From positions 558,001-622,000 of the forward strand of contig CATNEN010000029.1 of assembly GCA_950097015.1 (NCBI GenBank): a stretch of 64,000 nt of DNA, written 5' to 3'. Source of the stretch: Macrostomum hystrix (lineage: Eukaryota; Animalia; Platyhelminthes). A model generated the notes under the pieces. It was not told the DNA's origin, did no database searches, and saw only the letters and a list, made by a program, of their open reading frames with translations. Each line of letters opens with the position of its first letter. Within the stretch, counting starts at the first letter, position 1. A program made the position numbers and the translations under genes. Below are positions 61,649 to 64,000 of the stretch, one piece after another.

Positions 61649-62784
61649 CAGGACACTTATCCGCCAAGAAAACAATCCAGAGAGTCGCCCAGTTCTATTT
61701 TTGGCCAACAATGAATTTAGACATTCGCAAGTACTGCACACAATGTCACTCATGTGCTTCAACAAAAATCGGAAGACGACAAAAACCTGAATTCCAATCA
61801 GTGCCGAAGACAACTACATGGGACACAGTGTCAATTGACATTACCGGACCACTACCACCGGCTCGACAACACTCTATCGACTACAACTACATTCTTACAG
61901 CCTTGGATGTTTTTTCGAAATTCGCCGTTGCCATTCCGATACCTGACATCACAGCGACAACAGTTGCAATGGCCTTCTATAATGAAATTATCTGCAAATT
62001 CGGAACTCCTAAGACGCTAACATCTGACAATGGTACACAGTTCACATCGCAATTATTTCAACAGGCCGCCAAACTACTGAATATTCAACAAATATTCACT
62101 TCGACATATAATCCAAAAGCAAACCTCGTCGAAAGATTTCACAGAAATCTACATGAAATGCTGACACACTTTGTTTACAAACAACCTGAAGATTGGATTA
62201 TTTACATACAATCCGTGACAATGGCCTACAATAGCGCAGTTCATCGTTCAACAGAGAACACACCATTCTTTCTGATGTTCTCTCGAGACTTTCAACCACC
62301 GAATCTATTAGTTCAGAAATTACTGCCATCTCAATATGTTGACACGCCGACGACGCTACAAAAGTTCACTTCTCAATTACACCTAGCATGGCAAATTGCA
62401 AAACATAATCTCGACAACCAATCTACCGTACCTACAACAAGTAATCATGCTTCTACCTTACAAGTAGGAGATATCGTCTACCTACACTACCCGGCACAGC
62501 ATACGCACAAGCATGCTTTCAAATACAAAGGACCTTTCCGTGTAACAGGACTGATATCCGCGACAACAGCACGCCTTGCAAATATCCAGGATCCACATCA
62601 ACCTCAGTTCTACGTTCACATTCAACGTTTAAAACGCATCACTAACGACACTACATTCCTTCCAACGTTACAGAATCCAGACCACACAAAAACAACAAAC
62701 AAGCACATTGCAACAGCACATGCCGAGACACAAACCACAAACACACCACCAAATACTCATACGTATAACCTACGCCCGCGTTAA
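61594..62784 (+). CDS. Integrase (HHCC, DDE, GPF), out of frame with upstream pol
   Basis: The frame VPYTFRSAILHELHDSPLAGH...CTQCHSC, VSIDITGP, TSDNGTQF, LVERFHR, YKGPFRV is shifted by -1 relative to pol at about 61592-61594. Confidence 0.9.
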   Translation, partial: VPYTFRSAILHELHDSPLAGHLSAKKTIQRVAQFYFWPTMNLDIRKYCTQCHSCASTKIGRRQKPEFQSVPKTTTWDTVSIDITGPLPPARQHSIDYNYILTALDVFSKFAVAIPIPDITATTVAMAFYNEIICKFGTPKTLTSDNGTQFTSQLFQQAAKLLNIQQIFTSTYNPKANLVERFHRNLHEMLTHFVYKQPEDWIIYIQSVTMAYNSAVHRSTENTPFFLMFSRDFQPPNLLVQKLLPSQYVDTPTTLQKFTSQLHLAWQIAKHNLDNQSTVPTTSNHASTLQVGDIVYLHYPAQHTHKHAFKYKGPFRVTGLISATTARLANIQDPHQPQFYVHIQRLKRITNDTTFLPTLQNPDHTKTTNKHIATAHAETQTTNTPPNTHTYNLRPR

Positions 62785-62915
62785 ATTACTCGTTTATTGT
62801 TACCCGTGTAGTGACCGGGATTAAGAATAGCACTACAGCTTCTCAAGCTTGTCGTAAAAGGCGACTAAAACCTCTGTTCTCTGCAAACGCCCACACAATT
62901 TTCGCGAACACTACC

Positions 62916-63134
62916 ATGGACTGTCCTGTCTGTCTTGAAGAATTCTCATGTAAACTACCATGTATATGTGTCAATAAACACCATGTTTGCGGTTCTTGCT
63001 TAAGCCTCGCACACTACAAAAAACCATTAAAAAACTGTCCTTTGTGCCGTGGAAATCTCCGCCAATGTATGATATGTAACTCATGGCGAACTGTACAATA
63101 CTGTCAATACGTGATGTTATCTTATTATTGTTAA
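62916..63134 (+). CDS. Stand-alone C3HC4 RING-finger ORF (72 aa) between integrase and 3' LTR
   Basis: ACCATGG Kozak context. C-x2-C-x11-C-x3-H-x2-C-x2-C-x12-C-x2-C (CPVC...CVNKHHVCGSC...CPLC) plus an extra CMIC. Confidence 0.75.
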   Translation: MDCPVCLEEFSCKLPCICVNKHHVCGSCLSLAHYKKPLKNCPLCRGNLRQCMICNSWRTVQYCQYVMLSYYC

Positions 63135-63186
63135 GCTAAGTCATTTTCTTTTCCTCTCAATAATAAATTCGGGACGAATTTTTCGT

Positions 63187-63201
63187 AAAAAAGGGAGATA
63201 T
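63187..63201 (+). other. Polypurine tract
   Basis: AAAAAAGGGAGATAT immediately before the 3' LTR TG. Confidence 0.85.
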
Positions 63202-64000
63202 TGTAGAGAGTTGTAAAATACGTTTTTACTTAACGCGCTACTTAAAGTAATGTCACAAGGAAACCTTAGCTATAATGTTTAATCTATTTTTAGGAATGAG
63301 TCATGCGCTATTTTTAGAAACAAGTCATGTGACATGAAATCGGAGAACTGGTTCTCGACAGCTGTATTTACTTGAAGCAAACATGACTCATCGGTTTCTG
63401 CACCTGTATTTACACAATATTCCAAATATGGTAATGTTCACCTGAAAACCCCCCAAAACGCAGCTGATCAAACAAGTCTGACCTCACTGTGCAAACATGT
63501 ATGCCCAATGTAAACACCCGGTAGTAGAACCGGTTTTTCCCCAAAATTTTACTATAAATACAAGCGAAAATCCGAGCTAAAAATTCAGACTCGGAGCGGT
63601 CCACCGGACTTCAAAACACCTTACGAAGAAGAGGACTCATCTCTGAGGGAAAGACAAGTGGTAAGCGCTTTATTAGACAGAGTTATTTATTGCTAGCAAT
63701 AGTTGTTGAATTGAACTAAGTTTACGAGAGCCACATATCGTCGATACATTTGAGAAAGGCCTCCTTGTTTCCTAGGATACATTCCTAGAGGATTATTGAT
63801 TGATTTGAATTGAGTTATCCGTTATCTTTCGGAGGTAACGAAGAAGACGCCCTTCAGGAGGACCTACTAGAGATATACAAGAGAGATTTCAATTGTTCAC
63901 TAGGGCGCACGTTTCTATTGTGAATTCCGAGCTCGAGGAAACCGAAAAGTAATCTGATTCGCTCTCGTCATTTATTGGCCAACAGACAAACTCAAGCAGC
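63202..64000 (+). repeat. 3' LTR (first 799 bp; remainder outside the window)
   Basis: No differences from the 5' LTR were seen by eye once the LINE is removed. Confidence 0.95.

Larger units (their letters stand above)
52085..64000 (+). mobile_element. Env-bearing Ty3/gypsy-type LTR retrotransposon (gag-env-pro-RT-RH-IN plus RING ORF); 3' LTR runs off the window
   Basis: Paired LTRs starting TGTAGAGAG at 52085 and 63202, PBS candidate, PPT, and the gypsy domain order PR-RT-RH-IN with a GPF motif after IN. Confidence 0.95.

Overview
Eukaryotic, repeat-rich animal DNA: GC-rich exons in AT-rich spacers, GT-AG introns and many minisatellites. An invertebrate such as a flatworm is plausible, but that is inference. 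Host genes: an orphan class A GPCR (7782-9276, +), a possible 2-TM protein (12962-14328, +), a secreted 8-Cys protein (15272-15784, -), a complete 7-exon CCDC40 (31503-35709, +) and a WD40 protein (42362-45765, -). Most long ORFs in the track are translated tandem repeats. Two mobile elements stand out. (1) A young Ty3/gypsy-type LTR element (52085 to beyond 64000) with the order gag - env - protease - RT - RNase H - integrase. A herpesvirus-gB-like (class III) glycoprotein sits between Gag and Pol in one reading frame, bracketed by two hydrophobic segments, with a furin site and PTAP/YPxI motifs in its tail. A separate C3HC4 RING ORF lies before the 3' LTR. The 5' LTR is interrupted by a truncated RNase H-bearing LINE, and there is one frameshift before integrase. 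(2) A 10.4-kb foldback element (19457-29839) with about 3.5-kb terminal inverted repeats and a 9-bp target-site duplication. Each arm carries the same coding exon plus its splice donor pointing inward. The right copy splices in phase into a NOF/MULE-like N-terminal region followed by an out-of-frame OTU-like remnant. Also present: a decayed Merlin transposase, a nested hAT-type MITE, tRNA-derived SINEs and satellites showing unit birth and subfamily switching. All domain calls come from motif recognition by eye; no searches were run.
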